The position numbers and the translations under genes are program-made. From positions 1-64,000 of the forward strand of contig JBCNUU010000002.1 in the NCBI GenBank assembly GCA_039630545.1: 64,000 bases of DNA. The letters are read 5' to 3'. The stretch's first letter is position 1. Every line of letters starts with the position of its first letter. This stretch comes from Endomicrobiia bacterium. GTDB lineage: Bacteria; Elusimicrobiota; Endomicrobiia; DTEH01. Under the pieces are notes generated by a model. The model did not search any database, was not told where the DNA came from, and saw only the letters and a program-made list of their open reading frames with translations. Below are positions 28,692-38,709 of the stretch, piece after piece.

Positions 28692-28804
28692 TTACTCTTC
28701 TTTTGTATTATTTTGCTTTTTCAATGTAAAAAGAAAGTAAACTTTCAAATAAAATATTTTTTATCCTATTGTATTTTAATTTTATTTTTTATATTTTAAA
28801 AAAT

Positions 28805-29362
28805 ATGGAAGAAAAACAACTTATTCTTCTTGCCCAGCAAGGTGACATTCAAGCATTTGAAGAATTAATTAAAAGATATAAAGACAATATTTTCAACTTA
28901 GCATTTTTAAAAGTTTTAGATAAAAATGTAGCTGAAGATTTAGCACAAGAATCAATCATAAGAATCTTTGAAAAAATAAAACTATTTGATTTCAAAGGTT
29001 CTTTTTCTTCTTGGGTATATAAAGTCACCTATAATACAATTTTAAAATCTGTTCAGAAGAAGTTTAAAGTAGAAAATATATCCATAGAAGACACAGAAAT
29101 ACTAAATACCACTGAAGTTCAAAGTATAGAGGAAAAAATTATTCATCAGCAGATTTTTAAAAAACTCCTGAAATTAATTTCTCAGTTACCAGAGGAGCTC
29201 CAGATAGTATTGATTCTTCATGACATTCAGGGTGTAAAATACGAAGAAATATCTGAGATTTTAGACATAAATATAGGCACGGTAAAATCCAGATTATTTA
29301 ATGCAAGAAAAACCCTCAAACAGCTATGCGAAAAAGAAAATTTATTGGATTGGCTAAAATGA
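28805..29362 (+). CDS. ECF RNA polymerase sigma factor
   Basis: 'AQQGDIQAFEELIKRY', 'AEDLAQE', 'FSSWVYKV', 'YEEISEILDINIGTVKSRLFNAR'; ATG 28805 preferred over TTG 28769. Confidence 0.93.
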   Translation: MEEKQLILLAQQGDIQAFEELIKRYKDNIFNLAFLKVLDKNVAEDLAQESIIRIFEKIKLFDFKGSFSSWVYKVTYNTILKSVQKKFKVENISIEDTEILNTTEVQSIEEKIIHQQIFKKLLKLISQLPEELQIVLILHDIQGVKYEEISEILDINIGTVKSRLFNARKTLKQLCEKENLLDWLK

Positions 29363-29388
29363 ACATTTTTGCTATTCGTGGTATCTAT
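29360..29388 (+). promoter_or_regulatory. ECF-type promoter overlapping the sigma stop codon, upstream of the anti-sigma gene
   Basis: TGAACAT(29360-29366)-N17-TCTAT(29384-29388), then RBS GAGGGAGG. Confidence 0.55.
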
Positions 29389-29411
29389 AATTATGAGGGA
29401 GGTGAAAAATA

Positions 29412-31055
29412 ATGATGGATTGTAATGAAATTAAAATTTTTATACATAAAGTTCTTGATGGTATTTTATTAAATGAAACAGAATATTTAGAGAAGTATAA
29501 AGAAGAATATAATGAGTTGTTTTCTCACATGGAAAAATGCTTATCATGTAGTTACGAATATAATTCCTATCTTAAAATTTTAAAATTTTTAAAAAATTTA
29601 AAAGTATCCTTACCTTCTAATTTTGACAGTAAAATTCATCAAGCTCTCTTAAAAATGCACCAGAAAGATTCTAAACCTTATATTCCAGTAAATACTGTCA
29701 CAACACAAAAAGGAGGTATGTTTAGTATGATAAATTCAGATAAACTTAAAAAATTTATTCATGATAATAGATCTTATATAATTTCTACAGGTATACATTT
29801 ATTATTACTATTATTATTTTTAAACATAGTAGTGATGCAACAGACACTTACTACTCCTACATTTATAACTAAAATTATCACAAACAAACCAATAGAAATT
29901 AAAAAACAAGAGATAGAAATAAAAAGAGAAGAACAACGTCCAGATGCTGGTTCAGAAGGTTTAGAAGGACTAAAAGGTGGCGGTATGTCTTCTCCAAAAC
30001 TCCAGCAGCAGCTTATGATCAAACAGGCACAGGTAAAGCAAATAAATAAAGTTTTTACACCTATTCAGAATTTAAGAACACAAGTAAGAGATATATTTGT
30101 TCCAAAAACACAGATAGCAGTAAAAGAAACCAAAATAAGAAGTGACTTTAGAGTTCCAATGCAACCTAAAACCCAAATTACTTCTCCTATAAGTGGTAGT
30201 ATAACAAGACCCACTTCACAACAAACAGGTACAAGAAACACTGAAGGAATGAATGTCCCCGGTAACTACTCAGATTCCGGAAGGCCTGACGGATCACCCT
30301 CTGGAACAGGAATTGGTGAACAGAAGGGAGGAACTACAGGACGTGGTGGTGGAACCGGAATAGGTTTTAATCCATTTGGAACTGGAACAGGCTCTGGAAA
30401 TCAAGGAAGTGGTCCTGGTGCTGGAAGAAGGGGATTAGGTGGAGGCTTATCTGGTACAGGAACAGGTCCCGGTAGCGGTCCTGGCATTTCTATTGCACCA
30501 GGTGGAGGACAGGGCACAGCAGTAGTTGGTTCAGCTGTTTCTTCTCAATCAGGTCCTGTAGTTACTAATGCTCCTTCAGCTATTGACACTACTTCAGTTG
30601 CTAACAGACAAGTCACATATAAACCAAACGCTCCAATTGGTTCACGAGAAAATCCTATAACTGAGATAAATATTCTTGTAGAATTTAATGGAGAGACTCT
30701 TTTTACACATGATTTTTATTTAGCTTATCCTGAAAATAGACTCTTAATAAGAAACGCAAGATTTGCCAGAAGTGAAGTAATCAGGTTAGGACCTTATGCT
30801 GTTCCACCGGAACAGTTTTTGTTTTATTGGCATATTACTGCTAACCAGTGGGGTTTAGATAGAGGAGTACCTTTGTACCAAACAATTTATACCACTGATG
30901 CCCAACAAGTTCGTATAAGGAAAGTTTCAGAAAATGTAATCCAATATAAACTAGAAGATATGCCTTTGGATGTGATTAGGCAAATGAATAATCCTAAAGA
31001 GCCAGATTATGATGATGTAATAATAACAATCGTATATAAAGGTGCAGCGCAATAA
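29412..31055 (+). CDS. Zinc-finger (ZAS) anti-sigma factor fused to a TonB-like TM helix, a Gly-rich linker and a C-terminal globular domain
   Basis: 'MDCNE..HMEKCLSC' (HxxxCxxC); TM 'ISTGIHLLLLLLFL'; G/S/T-rich linker; C-terminal 'LEDM..DYDDVII' (DUF4114-like). Confidence 0.75.
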   Translation: MMDCNEIKIFIHKVLDGILLNETEYLEKYKEEYNELFSHMEKCLSCSYEYNSYLKILKFLKNLKVSLPSNFDSKIHQALLKMHQKDSKPYIPVNTVTTQKGGMFSMINSDKLKKFIHDNRSYIISTGIHLLLLLLFLNIVVMQQTLTTPTFITKIITNKPIEIKKQEIEIKREEQRPDAGSEGLEGLKGGGMSSPKLQQQLMIKQAQVKQINKVFTPIQNLRTQVRDIFVPKTQIAVKETKIRSDFRVPMQPKTQITSPISGSITRPTSQQTGTRNTEGMNVPGNYSDSGRPDGSPSGTGIGEQKGGTTGRGGGTGIGFNPFGTGTGSGNQGSGPGAGRRGLGGGLSGTGTGPGSGPGISIAPGGGQGTAVVGSAVSSQSGPVVTNAPSAIDTTSVANRQVTYKPNAPIGSRENPITEINILVEFNGETLFTHDFYLAYPENRLLIRNARFARSEVIRLGPYAVPPEQFLFYWHITANQWGLDRGVPLYQTIYTTDAQQVRIRKVSENVIQYKLEDMPLDVIRQMNNPKEPDYDDVIITIVYKGAAQ

Positions 31056-31062
31056 AAAACAA

Positions 31063-32490
31063 CTAAAAGTTTTCTTTTTCTACAGTGTAAAGTTCTATTG
31101 GTTGTGTTTTTCCTCTAATGTTTACTGTAGATACAAATTTAAATTTAAATGTATTATCTGAAATTTTCTGCATAAGTTCTTTTGTTACCAAAAGTGGCAC
31201 ATTAAATTGTCTATTATAAAGCTGCATTCGTGAAGCTGTATTTACTGCATCTCCAACTATTGTAAATTCCATTCTTTCTTTATGTCCTATATTTCCAACT
31301 ATCACTTCACCTATATGAATCGTTATTCCTGCTTTTATTTCACTTAAATTTTGTTTTTTTCTTTCATTATTTAATATCTCAAGAGCATCAATAAATTCCA
31401 GTGCTGCCATTACCGCATTTTTTGGATCTTCTTTTTTTGTTTCAATTGTTCCAAAATGAGCAAGTATTGCATCCCCAATAAGCTTATCAATAATCCCTCC
31501 ATATTTTGTAATAGCATCAATTGCTATCGTAAAAAACTTATTTAAAGTAGATACAACATCTTCTGGTTTATTCTGTTCAGTAAATTTTGTAAATTCACGC
31601 ATATCAATGTAGAAGACAACCACTTCTTTTTTTATTCCTTTTAACTGATTCTGTTCTTTTAGGAGTTTATCTACCAATTTTTTGTCAATATATTTTCCGA
31701 ATATATCTTTTATTGTTTCTCTTTCTCTTAGCCCCCAGACCATCTGTTGCATTTTCATAGAAAGATTATATACTTCGTAAGAATTATGAAATATAGGAAC
31801 ACTTGTTTGAAGATTACCTCTGGATATTTCTTCTGCTACATTTGAAAGTAAATTTATAGGCTTAGTTAAAGTTTTAAGTGTAGTATAAACAAAAATTAAA
31901 GTAACAATAAGAAGTCCGAAGGAAATACTTACTATAGTTATTAATTCATTTTTTAAAGTAGCATATAAATATTTAGCTTGCTGTCCAAACTGGACCATGC
32001 CAAATTTTTTTTCATGTATAAATATTGGAATTCTTATTTCAGCTATATTAAGCTTTTCTTTTTTTTTATAAAAAGATAAAAGTTCAAACTTTGTTTTTTC
32101 CAAAAAATTTTTATGTTTTTTCAAAGAAAAAAAATACAAAGATATTTTGTTCTTTTTTAAGTCTTTTTCTTCTAAAACTGAGGGTTTGTAAGAAGAGTTT
32201 GGGTTAAGATAAAAATATATAATATTACCATTATTATCATATAAAGCAAAGTAATATATATCTTTATTTTTTTTAACCTCAGTAATTAAGTTTCTTATAG
32301 CTAAAAGATCTATTGTAGGATACACCGAAGATTTAATTTCTTCTATTAAATATTCGGTTTTAGTTTTTAGATTTAACAAAAGGTTATTTTTTATTATGTG
32401 ATAAATTATAAAAGTGAGTATGGAAGAGAATAATATCAAAGAGGCACTTACAATACTTATTAACTTAGTAGAAAAAGTATTTAATCTCAT
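31063..32490 (-). CDS. Membrane class III adenylate/guanylate cyclase with HAMP domain
   Basis: Two TMs around a periplasmic domain; HAMP 'KPINLLSNVAEEISRGNL'; 'YIDMREFT', 'DKLIGDAI', 'FTIVGDAVNTASR'. The Lys/Thr pair suggests ATP specificity. Confidence 0.92.
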   Translation of the reverse strand: MRLNTFSTKLISIVSASLILFSSILTFIIYHIIKNNLLLNLKTKTEYLIEEIKSSVYPTIDLLAIRNLITEVKKNKDIYYFALYDNNGNIIYFYLNPNSSYKPSVLEEKDLKKNKISLYFFSLKKHKNFLEKTKFELLSFYKKKEKLNIAEIRIPIFIHEKKFGMVQFGQQAKYLYATLKNELITIVSISFGLLIVTLIFVYTTLKTLTKPINLLSNVAEEISRGNLQTSVPIFHNSYEVYNLSMKMQQMVWGLRERETIKDIFGKYIDKKLVDKLLKEQNQLKGIKKEVVVFYIDMREFTKFTEQNKPEDVVSTLNKFFTIAIDAITKYGGIIDKLIGDAILAHFGTIETKKEDPKNAVMAALEFIDALEILNNERKKQNLSEIKAGITIHIGEVIVGNIGHKERMEFTIVGDAVNTASRMQLYNRQFNVPLLVTKELMQKISDNTFKFKFVSTVNIRGKTQPIELYTVEKENF

Positions 32491-32496
32491 TTTTAT

Positions 32497-32591
32497 TTTA
32501 TAATAAATTTTACTAACAAAATCAACAATTAATTTTCAGGGGGATAATTATGTAATAATCTATTGATTAGGTTTTCAAAAAATAGTAAAAT
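32497..32591. promoter_or_regulatory. Divergent sigma70 promoters
   Basis: Plus strand: TTGATT(32563-32568)-N17-TAAAAT(32586-32591). Minus strand: TTGATT(32525-32520)-N17-TATAAA(32502-32497). Each ends 6 nt from its ATG. Confidence 0.55.
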
Positions 32592-32597
32592 AAAATT

Positions 32598-33959
32598 ATG
32601 ATAGTATTAATCATAGATGATGATATAAATTTATGTAATATACTATCCGAGATATTAGAAAAAACTGGCTATACAAGCATAATCTCTAATAATTTTGAAG
32701 ATGCAGTAAATAAAATAAAAAAAGAAAATCCAGATGTAATTTTTCTTGATTTAAATCTACCTGATAAAAATGGATTAAATGCTTTGAAAGAAATAAAAAA
32801 TATTTGCGAAGAACTACCAGTAATAATAATAACTGGATACGCCACAGTAGAAAATGCAGTGGAAGCAATGAAAATGGGAGCTTTTGATTATCTGGTAAAA
32901 CCTCTGGATAAAGAAAAAATTACTCTCACTTTACAAAAAGCAATAAATATGAGAATGATTAAAAAAGAATTACATTTATTAAAGAATAAAATTGAAACAC
33001 CATCAGAAGAGTTTTTGATAGGTAAAGATAAAAAAATTATGGAAGTATTATCTTTAGTAAAAAAAGTGGCACCCACTAATCTTACTGTTTTACTTCAAGG
33101 AGAAAGTGGAGTAGGAAAAGGAGAAATAGCAAAACTAATACATAGAACAAGCAACAGAAAAGAAGGACCCTTTATAGTAGTAGATTGTGGTTCTATCCCT
33201 GATACTTTAATAGAAAGCGAATTATTTGGTTATGAAAAAGGTGCTTTTACAGGAGCTGAAAAAAGAAAAGAAGGTATGTTTGAACTAGCTAATAACGGTA
33301 CCATATTTTTAGATGAAGTATCTAATTTACCCTATTCCGCACAAGCTAAATTATTGAGGTTTCTTCAAGACAAAGAAATACAACCTTTAGGCAGTCAAAA
33401 ACCAATAAAAGTAGATGTTAGAGTGATTGCTGCAAGTAATATCCCATTGGAAGAAAAGGTAAAAACTGGAAGTTTTAGAGAAGATCTTTTTCATAGGTTA
33501 AACGAATTTATGATATACATTCCACCTTTAAGAGAAAGAGGTGAAGACGTATTTATATTAACAGATTATTTTATAAAACAGGCTAATAAAGAATTTAACA
33601 AAAATGTTAAATCAATTTCTTTTTCTGTTAAAGAATTATTTAAGATGTATAGCTGGCCAGGAAATATCCGAGAGTTGCGCAATGTAATAAGAAGAGCAGT
33701 TTTACTGGCAGACGATGTTATATATCCAGAACATCTAGCACAGTCTATTCAACTTATATCTTTTAGTAAAGATAACAATAAACATACTTTTTGCAAAAAA
33801 GATGAAAATTCAATAAGAAATAAAAAGGATGATGAAATACAAAAAATAAAAGAAGCTTTAATTATAGCAAAATATAATAAAAAAAAAGCAGCAAAGTTAT
33901 TAGGAATAACCAGACAGGCTCTTTATTATAAACTAAAAAAGTATAAAATTGACATATAA
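32598..33959 (+). CDS. Sigma54-dependent response regulator (REC-AAA+-Fis HTH, NtrC family)
   Basis: REC 'IIDDD..FLDLNLP..KP'; 'GESGVGKG', 'ESELFGYEKGAFTGA', 'FLDEV', 'WPGNIRELRN'; HTH 'AAKLLGITRQALYYKLK'. Confidence 0.95.
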   Translation: MIVLIIDDDINLCNILSEILEKTGYTSIISNNFEDAVNKIKKENPDVIFLDLNLPDKNGLNALKEIKNICEELPVIIITGYATVENAVEAMKMGAFDYLVKPLDKEKITLTLQKAINMRMIKKELHLLKNKIETPSEEFLIGKDKKIMEVLSLVKKVAPTNLTVLLQGESGVGKGEIAKLIHRTSNRKEGPFIVVDCGSIPDTLIESELFGYEKGAFTGAEKRKEGMFELANNGTIFLDEVSNLPYSAQAKLLRFLQDKEIQPLGSQKPIKVDVRVIAASNIPLEEKVKTGSFREDLFHRLNEFMIYIPPLRERGEDVFILTDYFIKQANKEFNKNVKSISFSVKELFKMYSWPGNIRELRNVIRRAVLLADDVIYPEHLAQSIQLISFSKDNNKHTFCKKDENSIRNKKDDEIQKIKEALIIAKYNKKKAAKLLGITRQALYYKLKKYKIDI

Positions 33960-34433
33960 ATGCAAAAAAATACGAAATTAGTTTATGTGAACAAAAAAAT
34001 TTTTCATAACTACGATGTAATAGATACTTATCAGGCAGGTATTGTACTTAAAGGAAGCGAAGTAAAATCTATAAGAGAAGGCAATATAGACATAAGAGAT
34101 GCTTACTGCGTTATAAAAAGAAATGAAGTATGGTTGATAAACTCAAAGATTGCACCTTACAGTAAATCCTCACATGTTAAGTTGCCGATAGATAGAGAAA
34201 GAAAATTATTGTTACATAAAGATGAAATAAAAAAAATAATTGGAAAAATTTCTCAAAAAGGATTGTCTTTACTCCCTACTAAAATTTATTTTAATGAAAG
34301 AAATTATGTAAAGGTAGAAATAGCTCTCTGCAAATATAAAAAAATTTACGACAGAAGAGAAGAAATTAAAAGAAAAGAACTAAAACGTGAATTAGAAGCT
34401 TATAAAAAGCATAATTATCAACAATGGAAATAA
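33960..34433 (+). CDS. smpB: SsrA-binding protein
   Basis: 'NKK..HNY...AGIVLKGSEVKSIR', 'RERKLLLHK', 'KKIYDRRE'. Confidence 0.95.
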   Translation: MQKNTKLVYVNKKIFHNYDVIDTYQAGIVLKGSEVKSIREGNIDIRDAYCVIKRNEVWLINSKIAPYSKSSHVKLPIDRERKLLLHKDEIKKIIGKISQKGLSLLPTKIYFNERNYVKVEIALCKYKKIYDRREEIKRKELKRELEAYKKHNYQQWK

Positions 34434-35041
34434 GAAAAGATTCTATTCTTGAAATTTTTAAGAGATTAGGTGCATTACTTGAAGGTCATTTTTTACTTTC
34501 TTCAGGGCTTCACAGTGACAGATATATTCAATGTGCTTTAGTATTTCAATATCCAGACATAGCAGAAAAAATTGCAATATTATTATTTGAAGAAATAAGA
34601 AATAATTTTAATAGGTGGGAAGAAATAAATCTTATTGTTTCTCCAGCATTAGGAGGAATAATTATAGGTCAAGAAATTGCTAGAGTACTTAAAACATTTA
34701 CTGTTAAAAAAATCAGAGCTATTTTTACAGAAAGGGATAGCAATGGTAAAATGAGTTTAAGAAGAAATTTTGATATTAAGTCTGACGATAAGGTTTTAAT
34801 AGTAGAAGATGTGTTAACTACTGGGAAATCCACTAACGAAGTAATTGAAGTAGTAAGGGAAAAAAATGCAGAGATACTAGCTTTAGCCAGTGTAGTCAAT
34901 AGAGCTTCTGAGGATTTGAAATTAGGTTATCCATATTTTTATCTTGTAGGTATTAAAATAAATAATTATCAGCCACAAGAATGCCCTCTGTGTAAGAAAG
35001 GTATAGAGTTAGTAAAACCCGGCAGCAGAAAAATTTTTTAA
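34424..35041 (+). CDS. pyrE: Orotate phosphoribosyltransferase
   Basis: 'LLEGHFLLSSGLHSDRYIQCA', PRPP loop 'VLIVEDVLTTGKS', 'CPLCK..KPGSR'. Confidence 0.95.
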   Translation: MEIRKDSILEIFKRLGALLEGHFLLSSGLHSDRYIQCALVFQYPDIAEKIAILLFEEIRNNFNRWEEINLIVSPALGGIIIGQEIARVLKTFTVKKIRAIFTERDSNGKMSLRRNFDIKSDDKVLIVEDVLTTGKSTNEVIEVVREKNAEILALASVVNRASEDLKLGYPYFYLVGIKINNYQPQECPLCKKGIELVKPGSRKIF

Positions 35042-35074
35042 CTTTTCTTTTAATTTTGGACTTTTCTAAAATAT

Positions 35075-35956
35075 ATGAGGAAATATAAATATATACAAGA
35101 AGATGTGCTCAAACAGATTAGTGCTCTAACCTTAGAGATAAAAGAAAAAACAAATGGTATTTTTTCTGGTAAACATACAAGCTGGCTTATAGGAAGGTCT
35201 TTAGATTTTTTACAGCATAGAGAATATTATGCAGGTGATGATATAAAACTTATAGATTGGAAAATATATGGTCGTAGAGATAAGTTTTTTATTAAACAAT
35301 TCCACCAGGAAACTAATTTAGAAGTGAATTTTTTTATTGATTGTTCTTTATCAATGTGGTATCCTGAATACAGTTTAACAAAGTATGAATATGCAAGTTT
35401 TCTTTGTTCTTATCTTAGTTATATACTATTAAATCAAAACGATAAAGTAGGCATTATCAGATTTGATCATGAAATTAAAGATATATTGTCTAGTTCATCT
35501 ACAGAAGGATTTTATTATAAAATATTAGAATTTTTAGAAAATGAAATAAAAGGTTCACACTCTGATTTCAAAAATCTTGTTAAAAAAATTTTAAACCAAT
35601 TTAAGAAAAAAAGTTTGATTATTTTAATTTCTGATTTAATCTCTGAAGATGAAACCATAACAGTCAAATTGCTAAAAAATGTGGCTTCTTATGGAATAAA
35701 CTTAATGATATTACATACTGTTTGTTTAGAAGAAAAAGAATTAGATTTAAGTTATGAAAATGTTAAATTTAAAGATATAGAAAATGAAGATATAGAAATA
35801 AAGACAAATATTGTAGAAATAAAAGATCTTTATAAAATGAAATTTTCCAATTTAATAAACTATTATAATAGGGAGCTAAATGGAGAAAACATAAAATATA
35901 AAACAATATATACTTTTTTGCCAGTTTTAGAAAATTTGAAATTTATTTTAGAATAA
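35075..35956 (+). CDS. DUF58 domain protein (VWA, MoxR-associated)
   Basis: 'GKH.S..G.SLDF.QHREY..GDDIKLIDWK..R.DK..IKQF', MIDAS 'DCSLSM', 'LISDL'. Confidence 0.9.
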   Translation: MRKYKYIQEDVLKQISALTLEIKEKTNGIFSGKHTSWLIGRSLDFLQHREYYAGDDIKLIDWKIYGRRDKFFIKQFHQETNLEVNFFIDCSLSMWYPEYSLTKYEYASFLCSYLSYILLNQNDKVGIIRFDHEIKDILSSSSTEGFYYKILEFLENEIKGSHSDFKNLVKKILNQFKKKSLIILISDLISEDETITVKLLKNVASYGINLMILHTVCLEEKELDLSYENVKFKDIENEDIEIKTNIVEIKDLYKMKFSNLINYYNRELNGENIKYKTIYTFLPVLENLKFILE

Positions 35957-35959
35957 ATT

Positions 35960-37972
35960 ATGATCTATTTTTATAATAAATTTATCTTGTTTTTTTTACC
36001 GTTAAGCTTTTTGCCTTTAATACTTCATCTTATTTTTGAAAAAAGAACCAAAACGATTAGATTTACTTATATTAATTTAATCCGCAAAGTAATATCAGAA
36101 TACTCACCTAAAAAGAAACTAATAGATATTTTAGTTATGATTTTAAGGTGCTTAATAATAATGTTTGTTATTTTATTTTTTGCTACACCTGTAATATATC
36201 ATAATCCTCTTAAAGAAACATCATTGAATTTAATGTTAGCATTAGATACTTCTTTCTCAATGCAGCAAAAAGTAATAAACACTACTAAGTTAAATTTATG
36301 TAAATTATATCTAATAGATTTAATAAAACATTTGCAGAGGTATCCTGTTAAATTAAAAATTGTAACCTTTAATGATTCGGTGAAAATTTTATACGATGGC
36401 AACTATGAACAAATAAGTTATCCAGAACTTATTAAAAAAATTTCAAATATTCCTGAAACTTATCATTTGACAAATCTGGGAGCTTTATTAGAATATGTGG
36501 AATCTTATAAAAATCCAATTGATAAAATAATTGTATTAACAGATTTAGCTGAACATATTTCAAATTTTGATGAATTTGTTGTTGATAAAAAACAAAAGAT
36601 TGAAAATTATAAACCCGATATTTTATTCTGTTATCCTGAATACGATGAGGGAAATTTTTATATAAAAAATTTAGAATTATATTTAAATAAAGATGAAGAT
36701 TTTTTAGAACTTAACTTTAATGTGTTTTCATCCATCCAATCAAAAAATAAAATAAATGTTAAACTTTTCAAAGATGAGCTTCTGGTTGATAATAAAAATG
36801 TTACTCTCTCGGAAAACAGTAAGTTTAATTATTTTTTACAAAAAGAAAACAATTTAAGAGGACACTTGAGTCTACCTGTTGACTCTATAAACAACGATAA
36901 CAATTTTTATTTTACATTTAATGCGAACAAAACCAAAACTAAAATTCTATGTTTTATAAACGAACCAATATACCTGAAAGGAATACATAGTAAAAAATTT
37001 TACATAGAAAATTTATCTCATTCTGATTTTAATATAAAAATAATTGTTCCTGAAGAAAATATGGTTTTCATTGAAAATTTTTATGATGGAATAATCTGCG
37101 TAGATATTAATAAAATAGAAGATATCTACAAATATTTAGAAGAAGACAAAATAAAAATATTTTTTATAAATGAAACAATAGATGTGTTATCATATGAATC
37201 TTTTCTAAAAGGCATAGAATTTATAGAGCCACAAAAAAATAATTCCGGGTTTAGCTTAAATTTTTCTTCAGACATAAATGAAGAATTTAAAAGTTTCTTT
37301 GAACAATTTGATTATAAAAATATAAAAGTGTATAAAAAATACTTTATAAATGTGGTTGACAAAGAAAAATGGAAAGTTTTGTTTCAATTTTCTGATGGTT
37401 CTCCAGCCGTTATAACCGATCAAAAAACTTATCTATTTAGTTTTTCTATTTCTAAGGAAGATTCTAATTATGTTTATAAACCACTTTTTTCAGGTTTTAT
37501 AAATTATATTTTTAAAAAAATAAATTCTAAAATAAATTTAAAACCATATTATTACATTTCAGAACCTATCTTTTTAAATGATGAAATAAAAGATATAACT
37601 CCTTTAATTTCTTATTATAAATTTTCTTCAACCGAGTTTTATGAAAAAATATCTGACAATATAGTAAAATTTAATATTCCGGGAATTTATAAGCTTAATA
37701 TTCAACAAAAAGAACCTGTTTATGTGGCTGTAAATATACCTCATAATGAGAGTTCTGTGACAATTATTGATAAAAATTACTTCAAAAAACAAATAAGTTC
37801 AAAAAGAATCTTTAATAATATAAGTTTTTTAGATATACTTAAAAGAAACTCAAAAGAGCAATTTTTAAAATGGTGTTTTGGCAGAGAATTTTCTAATGAA
37901 ATTTTAATAATGATTGCAATAATATTAATCATAGAAACAATTTTGTCAAGATTAGGTAAAAGAGTTGTATAA
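35960..37972 (+). CDS. BatA N-terminal plus VWA domain membrane protein
   Basis: 'LPLILHL..IRF..L..ILRCL..FFATP', MIDAS 'DTSFSM', 'LTD', C-terminal TM ending 'IETILSR'. Confidence 0.8.
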   Translation: MIYFYNKFILFFLPLSFLPLILHLIFEKRTKTIRFTYINLIRKVISEYSPKKKLIDILVMILRCLIIMFVILFFATPVIYHNPLKETSLNLMLALDTSFSMQQKVINTTKLNLCKLYLIDLIKHLQRYPVKLKIVTFNDSVKILYDGNYEQISYPELIKKISNIPETYHLTNLGALLEYVESYKNPIDKIIVLTDLAEHISNFDEFVVDKKQKIENYKPDILFCYPEYDEGNFYIKNLELYLNKDEDFLELNFNVFSSIQSKNKINVKLFKDELLVDNKNVTLSENSKFNYFLQKENNLRGHLSLPVDSINNDNNFYFTFNANKTKTKILCFINEPIYLKGIHSKKFYIENLSHSDFNIKIIVPEENMVFIENFYDGIICVDINKIEDIYKYLEEDKIKIFFINETIDVLSYESFLKGIEFIEPQKNNSGFSLNFSSDINEEFKSFFEQFDYKNIKVYKKYFINVVDKEKWKVLFQFSDGSPAVITDQKTYLFSFSISKEDSNYVYKPLFSGFINYIFKKINSKINLKPYYYISEPIFLNDEIKDITPLISYYKFSSTEFYEKISDNIVKFNIPGIYKLNIQQKEPVYVAVNIPHNESSVTIIDKNYFKKQISSKRIFNNISFLDILKRNSKEQFLKWCFGREFSNEILIMIAIILIIETILSRLGKRVV

Positions 37973-38709
37973 TGAGAAGTATTTATCTTATTGTAACAAT
38001 TATATTTTTTTTGTTTTTTTACATTTTTCCGGCTGATAAATTTATATTTGCCTATCTTAAATATCCTGGTAACTGGGATCCATATCCTAATATACATAAT
38101 GATATTTTAGAAATTCTTGAGCTTACTACGAGCGTAAATGTGGAAAAACAAAGAATTGTGTTGGATCTTATGTCAGACAGGTTGAAATATGAGATTTCAA
38201 AAGTCCCTTTTGTTATATTAGTTGGCAATGATGAAGTAGTTATTCCTTTAAAGAACATAAAAGTTTTAAGAGACTATGCAGTAAGTGGGGGAACTATTTT
38301 TATAGAAGATGTTTCTGAGTTATATAACAGCAGATTTGATGAATCTATAAGAAAAATTTTAAAATTGATGTTTCCCGAATATAAGCTTAAAAAAACAGAT
38401 AAAGATTATGTATTAATGAAATCTTTTTATTTAATCCGTAAAGTTACAGGAAGAATAGCAATGTATAATTATTTAGAATACATTGAACATGAAAACCGCC
38501 CAATTATTATTTATTCAAGAAACAATATGATTTCATGTTGGGCACGAGATAGGTTAGGAAACTACATATATAACTGTATACCTGATGGAGAACAACAAAG
38601 GTTTAACTCTCAAAAGCTTTTTCTTAACATAATAATGTATTCTTTATGTGGCACATATAAAATGGATAAAGTTCATCAACCATATATTGAAGAAAGGCTA
38701 AAAAGGTGA
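37972..38709 (+). CDS. DUF4159 domain protein
   Basis: 'GNWDP', 'LRDYAVSGGTIFIED', 'SFYL', 'NIIMYSLCGTYKMD.VH'. Confidence 0.8.
   Translation: MRSIYLIVTIIFFLFFYIFPADKFIFAYLKYPGNWDPYPNIHNDILEILELTTSVNVEKQRIVLDLMSDRLKYEISKVPFVILVGNDEVVIPLKNIKVLRDYAVSGGTIFIEDVSELYNSRFDESIRKILKLMFPEYKLKKTDKDYVLMKSFYLIRKVTGRIAMYNYLEYIEHENRPIIIYSRNNMISCWARDRLGNYIYNCIPDGEQQRFNSQKLFLNIIMYSLCGTYKMDKVHQPYIEERLKR

Noticed and set aside
28769..28804. ORF-track TTG starts at 27, 10653, 28769 and 54296
   Set aside because: 27 is internal to a frame open from the window edge; the others lie in promoter or AT-rich DNA, and downstream ATGs (10680, 28805, 54365) fit better.
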